The notes beneath the pieces were generated by a model. That model saw only the letters and a program-made list of their open reading frames with translations, was not told where the DNA came from and did not search any database. A stretch of 60,882 nt of DNA, counting the filler, from Rhabdomonas costata (Eukaryota), in NCBI GenBank assembly GCA_019059605.1. It is 17 parts of 17 records of this genome, joined end to end, with 100 filler letters (N's around TTAATTAATTAA, not from the genome) between each part and the next. Parts side by side here need not be neighbours in the genome. Positions count along the whole stretch, not along the records: positions 21,556 to 25,040 come from JAHMHO010000792.1; positions 25,141 to 28,626 come from JAHMHO010000793.1; positions 28,727 to 32,207 come from JAHMHO010000794.1; positions 32,308 to 35,790 come from JAHMHO010000795.1; positions 35,891 to 39,381 come from JAHMHO010000796.1; positions 39,482 to 42,975 come from JAHMHO010000797.1; 11 more parts are not named here. The stretch is one strand, 5' to 3'. This document shows, in pieces, positions 24,547 through 39,705 of the stretch; position 1 is the first letter of the stretch; each line of letters starts with the position of its first letter. The translations under genes and the position numbers were made by a program.

Positions 24547-26003
24547 CTGCAGGACCAGCTCCACGCAAAAGTAGGCCAACCTTACGATAAACATGAAAAC
24601 TGGCGGAAAGGCACGAGAATGGGCGCCGATAAGAACGGGCTACACTTTGTTTTGCGAGGGACATAACTGCAACCACAGCTGCAACCTTACACATCAAAAA
24701 GTGCTGGAAAAACAGCCCTGCCTAGTAAAGGGTGATTATCGAGGGATCATGACAACACTTCAATCTAACACGCTGAACTTTTTCTTTTGAGCAAATTCGC
24801 GAGTCGTGGCATGCCGTTTCAATTCAAGCAAAAGCTTGAGCTCGAATCGGGTGCACAGTTGAGTTCACCCGCCACTGATGTGAAGGGATAGGCCATAACC
24901 ACACACACATCGTATGCACGAAGCACGAAACACTGCTCTTTCTGCTTACGAGGTGTCTCCAGCCTCGGTTCGGATGTATGTGTGGATCACCCCCAACCAA
25001 TGGACACAAGAACTTCAAAGTGGTGCATTCAACCACAACCNNNNNNNNNNNNNNNNNNNNNNNNNNNNNNNNNNNNNNNNNNNNTTAATTAATTAANNNN
25101 NNNNNNNNNNNNNNNNNNNNNNNNNNNNNNNNNNNNNNNNTATTCACACTTCGCTCCCACCATTCTTGTACATCTTAGGCATGCGTTCCCGAAGCGAATC
25201 CTCCGACTTCACCCATGCGGCAAACGGCACCACTCGCACACCCACCACCACAACACCCACCATCGACTTCTCCAGTTCGGACACCCAAGCCGAGCGCTGC
25301 GCGACAGCTATTTATCTCCCCTCCTCTAACCGGAGATGCACAAGCAACGGCACCCCCGCGCCTTCCCGCACATGACGACGAACCCAGACCTTCCGCTCCA
25401 CCTGCCACACCAGATCAGCAACCGCAATCAGCCGTGGCATCTGCAGCTTTGCCTCACCCCAAACCACCTGCCACGGACACTCCTTCGTTGGCAACTGCGG
25501 CACCTCCGACGTCCTCAAGTCCTGCAACGACGATGCAGCCACCAGCCCCAACCACTGACAAGCGACCTCGAAAGCCTGATCAAAAGCCTTGATCAAGAAA
25601 GCTTGATCAACAAAGCAGAAGAGAGCAAAGCCTAGATCCTCCCCTCGGAACGAACCTTACGTTTAGCCGACTGCCTGAGTGAGGAAAAGCACTGTGATGC
25701 GCCCAGTCACCCTTTCCCTGTTTCTTATATATTGCGGTTAGACATGCTGCTTCTCGAGAATTCGCGAGTTTCGGGTCTTTCTTTGCTGATAAAGAAATTG
25801 GCGACTGTCATGTGTCGAACCTGCACCGATATATGGTGAAAATCATGAGCAAATGCGCTAGCCAGGACACTTTTATGTGACAATTATTCAAACTTCACGC
25901 GTTGAAAGTTTTCCCAATAAATCCTTTGGTTTTTGTGTTAATTACAATAACGCAGATTTTCTTGTTATCTCCTGACTTTCGCCGACACACTACTTTCGCT
26001 CCG

Positions 26004-28626
26004 ATGAGCCACGACAGAGAGGACGACGCCATTAACTTCATCGACTGGAACTCCCTGTACTCCTCCGCTCTCGAGAGTATCTTTTCCGAAGAACATCATT
26101 CTACTTCTCCATCTGCTCCAACTGCTACGGAGCTTATTCCACCGTCAATACCGACACAGATCCCAACTGCCTCTACGACACCAAAGGCAAAGCCTCGCCC
26201 AAAAGCACCTCGGACAAATCCTACGTCTACCCCGACTTCATCTTCAACACCCTTACCTGGATCCCCACCTGCACCAACCTCCACAAATTCCAACCTGCAT
26301 TCCACACCAGTCATTCTAACCTACTGTGTGGGCTGTGGTAGAGATGGATTGGCACTAATGGGACACGATCATGCTGATCAGCACCCAGCTTTCTTGCGAG
26401 GTCTTCCTGCAGGATCTCCGAGACCAATGATAATGAGAGCAACTTGCTTCGACAAAAACGCGGTATGCAATTTGGTTTTTGAGCCTTCCATTTTCCCCAC
26501 TGCTTCATTCTCTACCAAAAAAATCTCCCCCTATTGTATTGTACAATCAACCACAGGCTCGAGTCCACGGCGCCCGCTTCTGCGCTCAATGCTTGATTCT
26601 GCACTTCTACTCCGATTACCGCCTTTCGGTTGACCAACAACCACATTGTCAATGGCCTCAACGGATTTCTGCGATGCTCAACTCGAAAGAGCAGCTTCAA
26701 GCCTGGCGTCTACTCCCTCCTGCACTCCGTCAGTCATGGGCTCCGCAGTTTCCTTCTTTGCCAATGGAAGCTCCTGGACCAGCAGATGGATACCTCCACG
26801 ACCCTTTTCCATTGACTCGCGATCAGTTTGTTGAAGAAGCTGGTCGACCATGGGACACGCTATGCGGATTCTGCCGTACTCTTCTGATAAACGGAGAACA
26901 CGATGTACTGCCTCTAGCAAACTTCTCTGAGGGAGCTTGGCTGCGCAACCCAGCTGTTGGAAATACTCGCCCATTAATACCAGAATGGGACACTCCGCTC
27001 CTCACGGTGGCAAAAAATCCTGCCAGGTGCCGCTTCTTTGTTCACGATAACATCCTCCAAGTGGCAGTGTGCCCAATTTGCAAGAAAAACCATGATAAGT
27101 TACCGTTCCTCAGCCCAGTATGGCCACCAGAATCCGTGTCGTGGAATCCCGACAACCTGATTCTGCCGACGAAAAATAACCTGCCCTTGTTCAATCCCGT
27201 TCGACTCTGGGACAGAATTGTGACAAGTCACCGGCTGGCAACCCGCAAGGACGGATCGCCTGGTAACGTGGTCTACCACACGTTTCGTGTAAACATGGGA
27301 TCTGCTCTGTGCTCTCAATTTGTCTCACTTGAAACGCCAATTCATCAAGCCTGGAAGCATGTCACTTGCCTGCCATCAAAACGCAAGATCATGGAAACAG
27401 TCCTCCTCAGCTCACGCAAAGATCTCCAATCCTATTTCAGGCAAGCTCTGGGAGATTTCGACCCAACAAACGACCTCGACAGCTCTGTTTGGAAATACAG
27501 CACAGCCGAGGTCACGGCCATGACGGAGCTTCTCACTTCCCGAGGAAACCAAACCTGCCCCATTTCCTCTCCCACGACGAAAAGACGCCCAACTGGAGGA
27601 ACCACCTGCTGGGCATTTCCACAGCACCTGCATGAGTCTCAGTCTGGAGCGTTCACCGCCCTGGTGCATGCGTTTATGGCAACTCCCACCCTGAGAAGTT
27701 TCCTCCTCAACTTCAACGACAGCCACCACCATGATTTGTTCGCGTTGCACTCCTGTATGGCTCGGCTGTGGGCAGGGGAATGCATTTCAGCGAAAGACTG
27801 GAGGGATTTTGAATTTTCTACCTCTGTTGGAGGAACCCCGGACACTCTCTTGCAGAAGCTGCAGAATTGGTTTCTTTCGTCATCCTTTCGCGACGTCATC
27901 CGAGTCGGGTTTCAAATTCGTGCAGTACGACGCTGTCAGGTTCACCCTCTCACCAAAATGTTTTCTGCGTCACTCTTAAGCCTCAACGACACACCCTTGC
28001 CTGGTAACCAAGGAACCATCGAAGACCTACTTTTCGCCTGGGTGACTCGCCACTTCAGCCGCAAGGACTGCGATAACTGCACTTGGGTCATCGGTGGTTG
28101 CGAGCTGGGGGACGTGGCCATGATCACTTGGAGTCCTACCATTGACCAGTCCCTCACCTGTCAGCCTTCCTGGGGAAACCGACATCAACTATGCGCGATC
28201 CTTTGGTTTTCACAGTCGCACGGATGGAGGACACTTCAAAGAGCCCGCAACCTAGCCGGAAATTGGGTTTGGTACCTCTCTTCCCAGACCTTCCTCGATG
28301 AGCTTAAACCCGTTCTCCCAGCATTGGAACTCAAAGCGGGTGATCACCTTTGCCTGTTTTACGCCACCGTTGCGCGAAGCACAATATCAGCCTTCAGCAC
28401 CTTTGACGCCGACGACGCCGACGACAGCTCCTCTACCTCCTCATCCTGCTCAGATTCAGGAATGTCAGACCTTTGCTTCGATGACGAACAGCGAGATGAA
28501 ACAGAAGACATTCACCTTCAGGTTGACATTCCTCAGTTCGAAGAGGAGATCCTGATCACTGACAATGACTCAGCTCCACCAGTTGAAGAAAATGTCCTCG
28601 AGTTTACAGAAAAAGCCCAAAGAGAG
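26004..28626 (+). mobile_element. Long intronless ORF with one frameshift (~26515-26530): putative Helitron-type protein N-terminal half, with CxxC pairs and a degenerate USP-like domain
   Basis: About 2.6 kb of coding sequence without introns in an intron-dense genome. CVGC, CAQC, CGFC...VCPICKK..LP. Region 27601-28362 follows USP topology, then an acidic linker. Rep/helicase motifs are not reached before the contig ends. Confidence 0.5.
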
Positions 28627-28726
28627 NNNNNNNNNNNNNNNNNNNNNNNNNNNNNNNNNNNNNNNNNNNNTTAATTAATTAANNNNNNNNNNNNNNNNNN
28701 NNNNNNNNNNNNNNNNNNNNNNNNNN

Positions 28727-28922
28727 GGGGGGGGGTGGCTGTCTCGTTTTGGATCGCTGAGATGGGAATGACTGCTGGGGAGGGTGTGCCCAGGTAAACG
28801 GGAATGGGTGCCACGGCTGGGTGCCCACTTCTGGGGGCTGCGGTGGGGTTGGTGAGAGTCGAAAGTAACGGTGTCTGCCAGGCAGCGCCAAGCAGGCCAG
28901 GGAGTGCTTGGAAATTGTGCAT
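28727..28922 (-). CDS. 5' end of hypothetical gene, paralog 1 (MHNFQALPGL...)
   Basis: Homologous to 31285-31472, with the same ATG position and only an in-frame indel between the copies. Confidence 0.5.
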
Positions 28923-29362
28923 ATCTTTTGCAGGAAAAATTGTAATACGAAGAGCTTTTTCTGAGAAATTGAGGTACGAGTTCGTTGATCCGATGGAGTG
29001 GTTCACCAGGATGCGGCTGCAATGAAAAACAGTATGACCTCGATTGCTTTTGAAGTTTTCTCGTCTTTCTCTGAAACCCTTTGTGGTGGGTTTCTTGGCC
29101 AGATGTATAAATCCATCCATGGAGATATTTCAGATGCCTGTTTGTCAATGGGAAAAGGGTTAAAAGCCCTCGTCACTAGCACACCACGGACAATTCGGAC
29201 AAATTTCTAGCTGTCTTTCTGAAAAAGAGTGCGAAGAAGTTTGTGTTCCTACAACGTACCCATCGTGCCGAGGCAGTGAAATATCTGTGCGCCGGATGCT
29301 GGAGGCAAAGAACAAAAAAACAATGAATTCGCACGACTGACCGCAAAGGAGGTCAAAGTGCT

Positions 29363-29489
29363 ACACAACATGGGAAGTAACAAAAACGCAAACCAAAGCT
29401 TACAATGGTGCGCGTCATTACCACTACAAACACAAAAACGTGGAACACAAGAGCGGACTTGCTCTCAAACATTCTCGGCATACAAAACG
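29363..29489 (+). repeat. ~125-bp block nearly identical to 32085-32207
   Basis: acacaacatgggaagtaac...gcaaaccaaagcttacaatggtgcgcgtcattaccactacaaa.acaaaaacgtggaacacaagagcggacttgctctcaaacattctcggcatacaaaac in both copies. Confidence 0.92.
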
Positions 29490-29860
29490 CTCACCAGCTT
29501 CCCGCATGACTTTGACAGTGTGGCAAGTGGAAAAGCCGAGCTCTCCGCCTGCCACAGCAAAGAAGAAAACTCAAAAGCTGAATTGCGTACAATCCTCCTC
29601 ACATTATCAATCAAAACCAATGCGATTCCTACCTACGGTCTGACTGCCGTACAGAGATGAGGTACAAAAAGCAAATATAAAGGAGTTTTCTGATAAAGTA
29701 CAACACAAAACGAAGACAACTGGATGAAAACGGCTCTCAACTGATTCAGCTACCTCATCTAAAGAGAAGGGAAGTCGCAATGCTCACAAGCAAGGAAAAA
29801 AGAAACACAAAAGAACGACGGGCGTGGATACTCTTCACCGCCCCCCCCCCATCCCGGCCT

Positions 29861-30070
29861 TTACTTCCAGAACATCAGCACCGGCTGGTGGCTCAAGTAG
29901 CCCTCATAGCGGTACATTAGGGGGTCGTGCCAGTACACCGGGGGCTCGTGGTGGCCCTCCTCGGTGGACAGGCCTGTCTTCACCGAGGGCACCGCAGCAC
30001 TCTCCGGGCCGGACCTGGTGGCCTTCTTGGCTCGCTTCTCGATCTGCCGGATCAGCAGGGCACCGTCCAT
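29861..30070 (-). CDS. Small hypothetical protein (69 aa, MDGALLIRQIEKRAKK...VLMFWK) or a terminal exon
   Basis: Strong G/C bias at third codon positions and a pyrimidine-rich stretch upstream of the ATG. It lies next to a scaffold gap (30095-30321). Confidence 0.45.
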   Translation of the reverse strand: MDGALLIRQIEKRAKKATRSGPESAAVPSVKTGLSTEEGHHEPPVYWHDPLMYRYEGYLSHQPVLMFWK

Positions 30071-31284
30071 ATTGAGCGGAAGTGAGAGAGAAATNNNNNN
30101 NNNNNNNNNNNNNNNNNNNNNNNNNNNNNNNNNNNNNNNNNNNNNNNNNNNNNNNNNNNNNNNNNNNNNNNNNNNNNNNNNNNNNNNNNNNNNNNNNNNN
30201 NNNNNNNNNNNNNNNNNNNNNNNNNNNNNNNNNNNNNNNNNNNNNNNNNNNNNNNNNNNNNNNNNNNNNNNNNNNNNNNNNNNNNNNNNNNNNNNNNNNN
30301 NNNNNNNNNNNNNNNNNNNNNGGGGATGCCGGTGCACTACAAGCATTGGCAACACATTCCAAGCACCTTCTAAGGAGCGTCCAGCATATGAGAGCTTGAA
30401 CTGCGGAACGCGATGGTAATCATAATTGTTCTCGCACCCCCCCCCCCCCCAACGACGGTCGGGCCAAGGTATCACCAGAATAGCGGTTAGCTTCCGTTGG
30501 AAGAGAAAGAGATCCAGAAGTTTAGTGGTAGTATGGATGCAGTGGATGGAATTGTCCACAGGTTCACACACAAGCCGAAAGACAGGTTGTTTTTTGGTAT
30601 CACCAACTTATGTTTGTTACGAAGGGACGCATGTCTGTCTGACCCATTCAACACCAGAAGAGGTAATATTCAGAAGACAGCAAGCTCAGATCATTTTCCC
30701 TGTTGCAGCAGATACTGTCCCCATGCGATGGCTGGGGGATGAGCTAGCCATGGCGGGGAGTGGGGTAGGCAAACTGAAGGAAAAGGACACGCTCCCATCC
30801 AATTCTGTGGTCCGCTGGTCTTGCCGGACCGGAGTCAGCCCTCTGACCCTGACCCCGTCATCTTCCAAAAAAAAAAGATCTAAAAGAACACGTCTGACCA
30901 CCGAATTTAAACCAAAAGTAAGGGCGCTGCGCTAAGGGTCCCGTAACGAAACGAGAGGCAACGGCTTAACGCCCTAAGTTTTACACCTACTCCGGGGAGG
31001 GGGGGCCAAAAAGCCCCCCTTTTCAATGAAAATGGCCTAACCCCCCCCTCAAATCCGCATAAAAACGCGTTTTTCGGAACCCTGACCTCAAAAACATCAC
31101 TCCTTTTAACCCTTTTCGACGCCAAAAAGCCCCTCTTTCAAGGCTTTTGCCCAAAAAATCCGTCCCCAGAGCCTCAAAAAACCCTCAAATCCGCATTAAA
31201 AACGTGTTTTTCGGAACCCCCAACCTCAGAAACGTAATGTTGGGTCGATTTCCGAAGGATGGAATTTTTCACCCTATAGGCCCA

Positions 31285-31472
31285 CAGCGTTGGATCCCTG
31301 TGATGGGGATGACCGCCGGGGAGGGTACGCCCAGGTAAACGGGCATAGGTGCGACGGCTGGGTGACCGCTTCGGCGGGCTGCGGGGTTTGTGAGAGTCGA
31401 ACGCAGCGGTGTCTGCCAAGCAAGCGCTGGCCCAGAGCCAACCAGCCCAGGGAGTACTTGGAAATTGTTCAT
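31285..31472 (-). CDS. First exon of hypothetical gene, paralog 2 (MNNFQVLPGL...)
   Basis: Shares AWQTPL.STLTNP.A..RSGHPAVAP.PVYLG.PSPAVIPI with paralog 1. Confidence 0.5.
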
Positions 31473-32674
31473 TTTTTCGATGGAGAGGTGCGCTTGGACG
31501 CTTTGCTGTAAGGTAGAAAAGGTAGAAATGGACGATAATAAGGCTCCGGTTCGACAAGAAGACGATGGGGAAACGCTGAGGTGCTACCCTCACCATGGCT
31601 TTCACCTAAATAACAAAAGGATGGTAAATTGATTATCAAGGAGTCATTCAGAAAGTATATTTTCACACTGCGTCATGTAAGAGCAATTCGTTGTAATCAC
31701 TTTTTCGATTCCTTTTCTAATCGCTGGTCGTTACTCACGGACCAGACCGTACGGCACCGGTGACCTAGTATGAACTTACAACTTCGGGGTTCAAACAGGG
31801 TGCTTCCGAAACAGATTCCCGAAAAAAATCGGCTGTACCCCAGCCCGCGGGATGAGGACCCACACAGATGTGGGGGTGGGGGGTGCAGTGATAGCAGTCC
31901 CACAGCCTTACATCGAGGCTAGAGGAGGGCTACCGGTGGTACCCCCCTTATCTCGCGGTTCGGCCCAATACGCCAGCCTATAAGCCCGCTGAACCACAAT
32001 CTGCCAAGGCACCATGATAGCTGGAAGCCCGAAGTACAACCTGCAAATCTGCAGCAGAAAGCATGCAAAGGTTGTCGAGGTGCAACACAACATGGGAAGT
32101 AACGCAAACCAAAGCTTACAATGGTGCGCGTCATTACCACTACAAATACAAAAACGTGGAACACAAGAGCGGACTTGCTCTCAAACATTCTCGGCATACA
32201 AAACACANNNNNNNNNNNNNNNNNNNNNNNNNNNNNNNNNNNNNNNNNNNNTTAATTAATTAANNNNNNNNNNNNNNNNNNNNNNNNNNNNNNNNNNNNN
32301 NNNNNNNGTGTTGTTGTGAAAAAAAAAGAGGAAATAAATGGGGGCGGGGGGACGAGGTAACCGAAAAACAGGAGTGCGGGAAAAATTGTTCCCGTTGATG
32401 TAAGGGCGACAGTGGGCAGAGAAGAAAGAACAGAAGAGGTTGAGAGTGGGAGGCTGGAGATACGGAGAGGAGACGGGCGGGCGTGTCTCACACAGTCACA
32501 CAGTTTTCTCTGGTAGTTAACAAGCCGGAGTTTACAGATCGACAAAATATCCCAGGGTGGAAAACATATTTACACACTGTGCTTGAGGCACATGACACAA
32601 GCCACATTTTGGCGAAATCACATCTGAAGACAACCGCAGTTGCTCAGCAAGCAAGCCAGAGTCAATAAGAAGAC

Positions 32675-35750
<3,076 letters not shown>

Positions 35751-36454
35751 CTGTTGCAGAAGGGAGAAGAAGCCGAAAGCAACCAAAAACNNNNNNNNNN
35801 NNNNNNNNNNNNNNNNNNNNNNNNNNNNNNNNNNTTAATTAATTAANNNNNNNNNNNNNNNNNNNNNNNNNNNNNNNNNNNNNNNNNNNNAGGGGGTGAC
35901 GAAAAAAATTCACACGACGCAGTAAAGAAGAAAAGGTTCTTTCCTGTACAATGGCTGATCATGATTGCTCCAAATTAGAAGAGCTTCTGGAACTTCTCCC
36001 GGAGGCCCCGCCACAGGCCTCTCATTTGGAATGAGGAGCTGTAGAGCAGAGAATAGCAAAAAAAAAAAAGCTAGGACACATCTGTGTGTAATGGAATGAG
36101 CAGAATTGAGCGCAAGACAGAGACACAAACTCAGACTCATACACTAATATGCAGCTGGTAAACTTGGGGCGCTGCTGGTGTGCCAACTTAAATTAAAATC
36201 AACCTCACCACCGCAGCAAGACCTGAAAAAAAATGACCGCAAAGGTATCTTCACGGCGTTAGCTAGACGTCCGGAGAGCACATGTGGAAAGTCACATCGA
36301 CAGGGCGAAGACCTGTTCAAAGTGCCAGCATGAAGGCTCTACCCTCTACCCTCAGGACTCCTAAGCTTAGGTCCTGTACGCACGCCTGTATAGATCTCCC
36401 CAATATGTGCCCTTTCCAAGCCTTTGGAAGTGTAATTTACTTTCCGAAGAGAGA

Positions 36455-36720
36455 GTGTGTGTTGTTTGTCTGTGTGTTGGGCGCATTGCGCGCTGGCTGT
36501 TGCCTGGTTGCCTGGTTGCTTGGTTGTTGGTGACCACTGCGGACTGACTGGCGCACGCGCTGCTGGCCACAGGTGCTCGCAAGAAGTGCCGCTTGAGCGA
36601 ACGGTGCCGTGGGGAACCGGAACCGGCTCACTGCCGAACGTTCCACATATGGTAACCTCCCTTCTGCCCCACGGGTCCCGGGCTATTGTCGCGTAGATGC
36701 TCTTTTCCGGGGGCTACCTG
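36455..36720 (+). repeat. Dispersed repeat family A, ~265-bp copy
   Basis: Colinear similarity to 47065-47297 (gagcgaacggtgc; ggta.cctccctt.ctgcccca.gggtccc; ttgtcgcg.ag.tg; ggctacc) and to 9495-9645. Confidence 0.8.
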
Positions 36721-36894
36721 CATTGCTCCATTGCTACTCAGGTCTCTGCCACTCCACACTCCGGTGCGTGTCTGTGTGCGTGTGTTTGTGATTGTTTTCG
36801 TGTTTCCACACACGCACGTGCACGTGCGCGAAGTAAAGAAGCAGCCGGGACACGCATAACTATACAAGCCGAGAAAACAAAAACGTGTTTTGAG

Positions 36895-39316
36895 TCAGGT
36901 CTTTGCCCGATCAACCAAACCATCCCAGGAGTACTGCTCGTAGTCACGAGAAACACCGACCAACTCATCTTGTACGATCAAATACCATGCAGCACCAACC
37001 CGCCCCAGTGGCTTGAGTTTTGAGGTTTCCTGAGTACGGCAGTCTGAGGACGGTTCACAGTCAGGAGCAAACCAAAAAGAGGAAAGGCGCGGAAACCTAG
37101 GAGGCTTTGCGGCGGGTTTCGGTGGCTCTTGCGCTTGCATGCGGGACAGCTTCCTCCGAGCTTTATGGGCCAGAATTCTGCGAAAGAGAGGGGAGCAGCA
37201 ACCGAACATTCGTTCATATTCGCATCCACTACAAAATGACACCTCTTTTTTGTGGACTCACAACCTGAATGCCGGAACCTTCCTCGATCAGGTTCGAACG
37301 TGGGAAGAACACTTAAAGGCAACGGGTCAAGAAAGGAGGCATTCAGTTGCCTGGTCGCAGCCGTCCCATCCTGAAGTGAGGCAACGTCACTGATGTTTCC
37401 TCCTCCACCCCATCCGCACCCCATCCCCACACCTTTCACCACATCACTCTCCTGTCACCGTGCCTGAATTGTCACATGTCAAATAACTCCCAGAGGGAGG
37501 AGTTGGGAGCAGGACTGGGGCGGATTGTCCACAAGAACAATAAACGCACCCATGCACACAGCACCCTCCCCCCAATTCACACACCTAAAAAAAGAAACAG
37601 ACAAAAAGGAGCAAAAAGTTGCACTGCAGAAAATTTTTTTTGGGGGTGTTAAACCGTTAAACGATTAACATTGTAACGGTTCGACGGTTAAACCTTTACA
37701 TTTTCCCTACACTTCGTGCCGTTAACCGCTTAACGTTGTTACAATTACCGAAACACCTCCAGCGTTCCCCACCAAAAAAAAATGCGTCGGACCCCCACCT
37801 CTCACGCCGTCCCCGACACACTTGCTTGGGGTGCACGGTGCCTCGGCCGCGCTGAGCTCCGGAAGGGAAAACGTCACCTGCAGCGTACTCCGGGGGGAGC
37901 CCGTTGCCCCCGCGTCCACCTCGGAGAGAGTGAACGAGCAGCTTGGCCCCAGAGAGTCCGAAGGGAAGGCCCGCCGCCCTGTGCCGCTGCGCCGGAGCGC
38001 ACTTCGGGGCGTCCCGAAGTCGCTCGCCGTGAGGCTGGCACACTTCGGGAGCGCGGAACAGTCGATCGAGGGGCTGCACTTCGCAGGGGAGCCGCAGATG
38101 GGGGTGCCAGGGCTGGTGGTGGCTCTCTGCGAAAAGAAACAAAGCCCGAAGATGCCTGTGCCACCTTCCAACATGAACATAGTGAATGGCCAGCGCCACG
38201 GGTCCTCCATATGCAACAGCCGCACAAAAGAAAAATGAGGCAGGCAGGAAAAAATCAGGGCCTTCGCTACGGTCGCGAGGGATAGCGGAAGGCGTGGCTT
38301 GAGCTCAATAGAGGACACCCGTCCCTGCGTATTGGCGAGGACACGAGCGGGATTGCAGGAACACACTGCCCACAAGATTTATCAATCATTTTTATGTCAT
38401 TTTTCGGTAAAAAAAATAAGGCGGTTGAGAGGTGGTGGTTGTTTTCAAGGGTGGTTCATAATTATTTTCGCGAAAGGTGCGTCTCTACTATTTAAGATCT
38501 TGTCTTCTTCTTTTCCGTCAACTACAAGCTACAAGCACTTAACTAAAAGCACTTACCTGAACAGCCCGCTAGGCAAGCCGACAGCCCGCCAGGCTGAGCA
38601 GATAACAGTAATTTTTATCCAGCGAGGGCGATCGTAACCATACGAGAGCCTCCAGGTGGAGCAGCATTGAAGTTGGCTCTCTCAGCACGATTAACTTTCA
38701 TGATAATACCCAGCGTGAAGGTGCCCCATCGCAGGCACACCCTCAGCAGAAGCCATAATCACTCAACAAAAAAAAGCAGCTTGACCGCACCCACATACGA
38801 TACCTCGAGGCTATCGAAGATCTCACTGGGATGCTCCTCGAACCAAGTGGCCAAGGGGCTCAGCCCCACCCGGATTTTCGAGGCGCTGATCGTCGCCGCG
38901 GTTGGAGAGAGGATGTCACCTTTCCTGGGGGAAGACGTTGGGGCAAGCCGAGAGACGGACACGGCCAGCCCCTGGGCATCGGCCAGCCTTTGGGCGTCGT
39001 AGGTAAGCCTTTTCTGCCGATGAACCTCCGCAAGGTCGGCAAGGATGTCCTCTAAATCTTCCCCCTTTATACGCAAAAAATCTGACGCCTGGCCGCCCCT
39101 CTGCACACCCATCACGCACACACTGCTTCCCAAGAAAGAAAAACAAGAGGAACAACACACGACGTCAGTGAACGACATATACGCGAATCAATGAAAGCTT
39201 GGTTTCTGTCGTTCTTGACTAGCGCGAAGAACTAAGGCACAGGAAGAGAAAAAGAAACCATTATTCGGCGAGGGCATCGGCCTCAGAGCCACGCGACTCT
39301 CCTTCTCTTTTCCCAT
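36895..39316 (-). CDS. Hypothetical multi-exon Ser/Pro-rich protein
   Basis: Candidate first exon MGKEKESRVALRPMPSPNN|gtttc, then open GC-rich blocks at about 39063-38803, 38128-37822 and 37177-36895. No domain recognised. Confidence 0.45.
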
Positions 39317-39671
39317 TGAACACCCCCCTCCCCAGCATCCTCAGCATCCTTAACAGCAATCGCATCGAAGCACACCCAACANNNNNNNNNNNNNNNNNNN
39401 NNNNNNNNNNNNNNNNNNNNNNNNNTTAATTAATTAANNNNNNNNNNNNNNNNNNNNNNNNNNNNNNNNNNNNNNNNNNNNCAAAATTGATTCGTTTGGA
39501 AGGTTTCTTCCCATATGTCTTTTCCCAGTGTAAATCTCTGGGGGTTTTCTCAGTATCACACCGCCGCCAAGCCCTTCTTCCTGGTGCTCACCACAAGCTC
39601 TCCAATATGCGGGGTTTCGCCTGAGACCTACGACCCTTTGGCAAAACGTGCGTTCTGCACAAGAGAAAAGG

Positions 39672-39672
<1 letters not shown>

Positions 39673-39704
<32 letters not shown>
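39673..39704 (+). repeat. (GA)n microsatellite
   Basis: About 15 uninterrupted GA units. Confidence 0.95.

Positions 39705-39705
<1 letters not shown>

Noticed and set aside
37782-38285. Long overlapping ORFs on both strands
   Set aside because: Antisense shadows of one GC-rich exon. Splice signals support only the minus strand.
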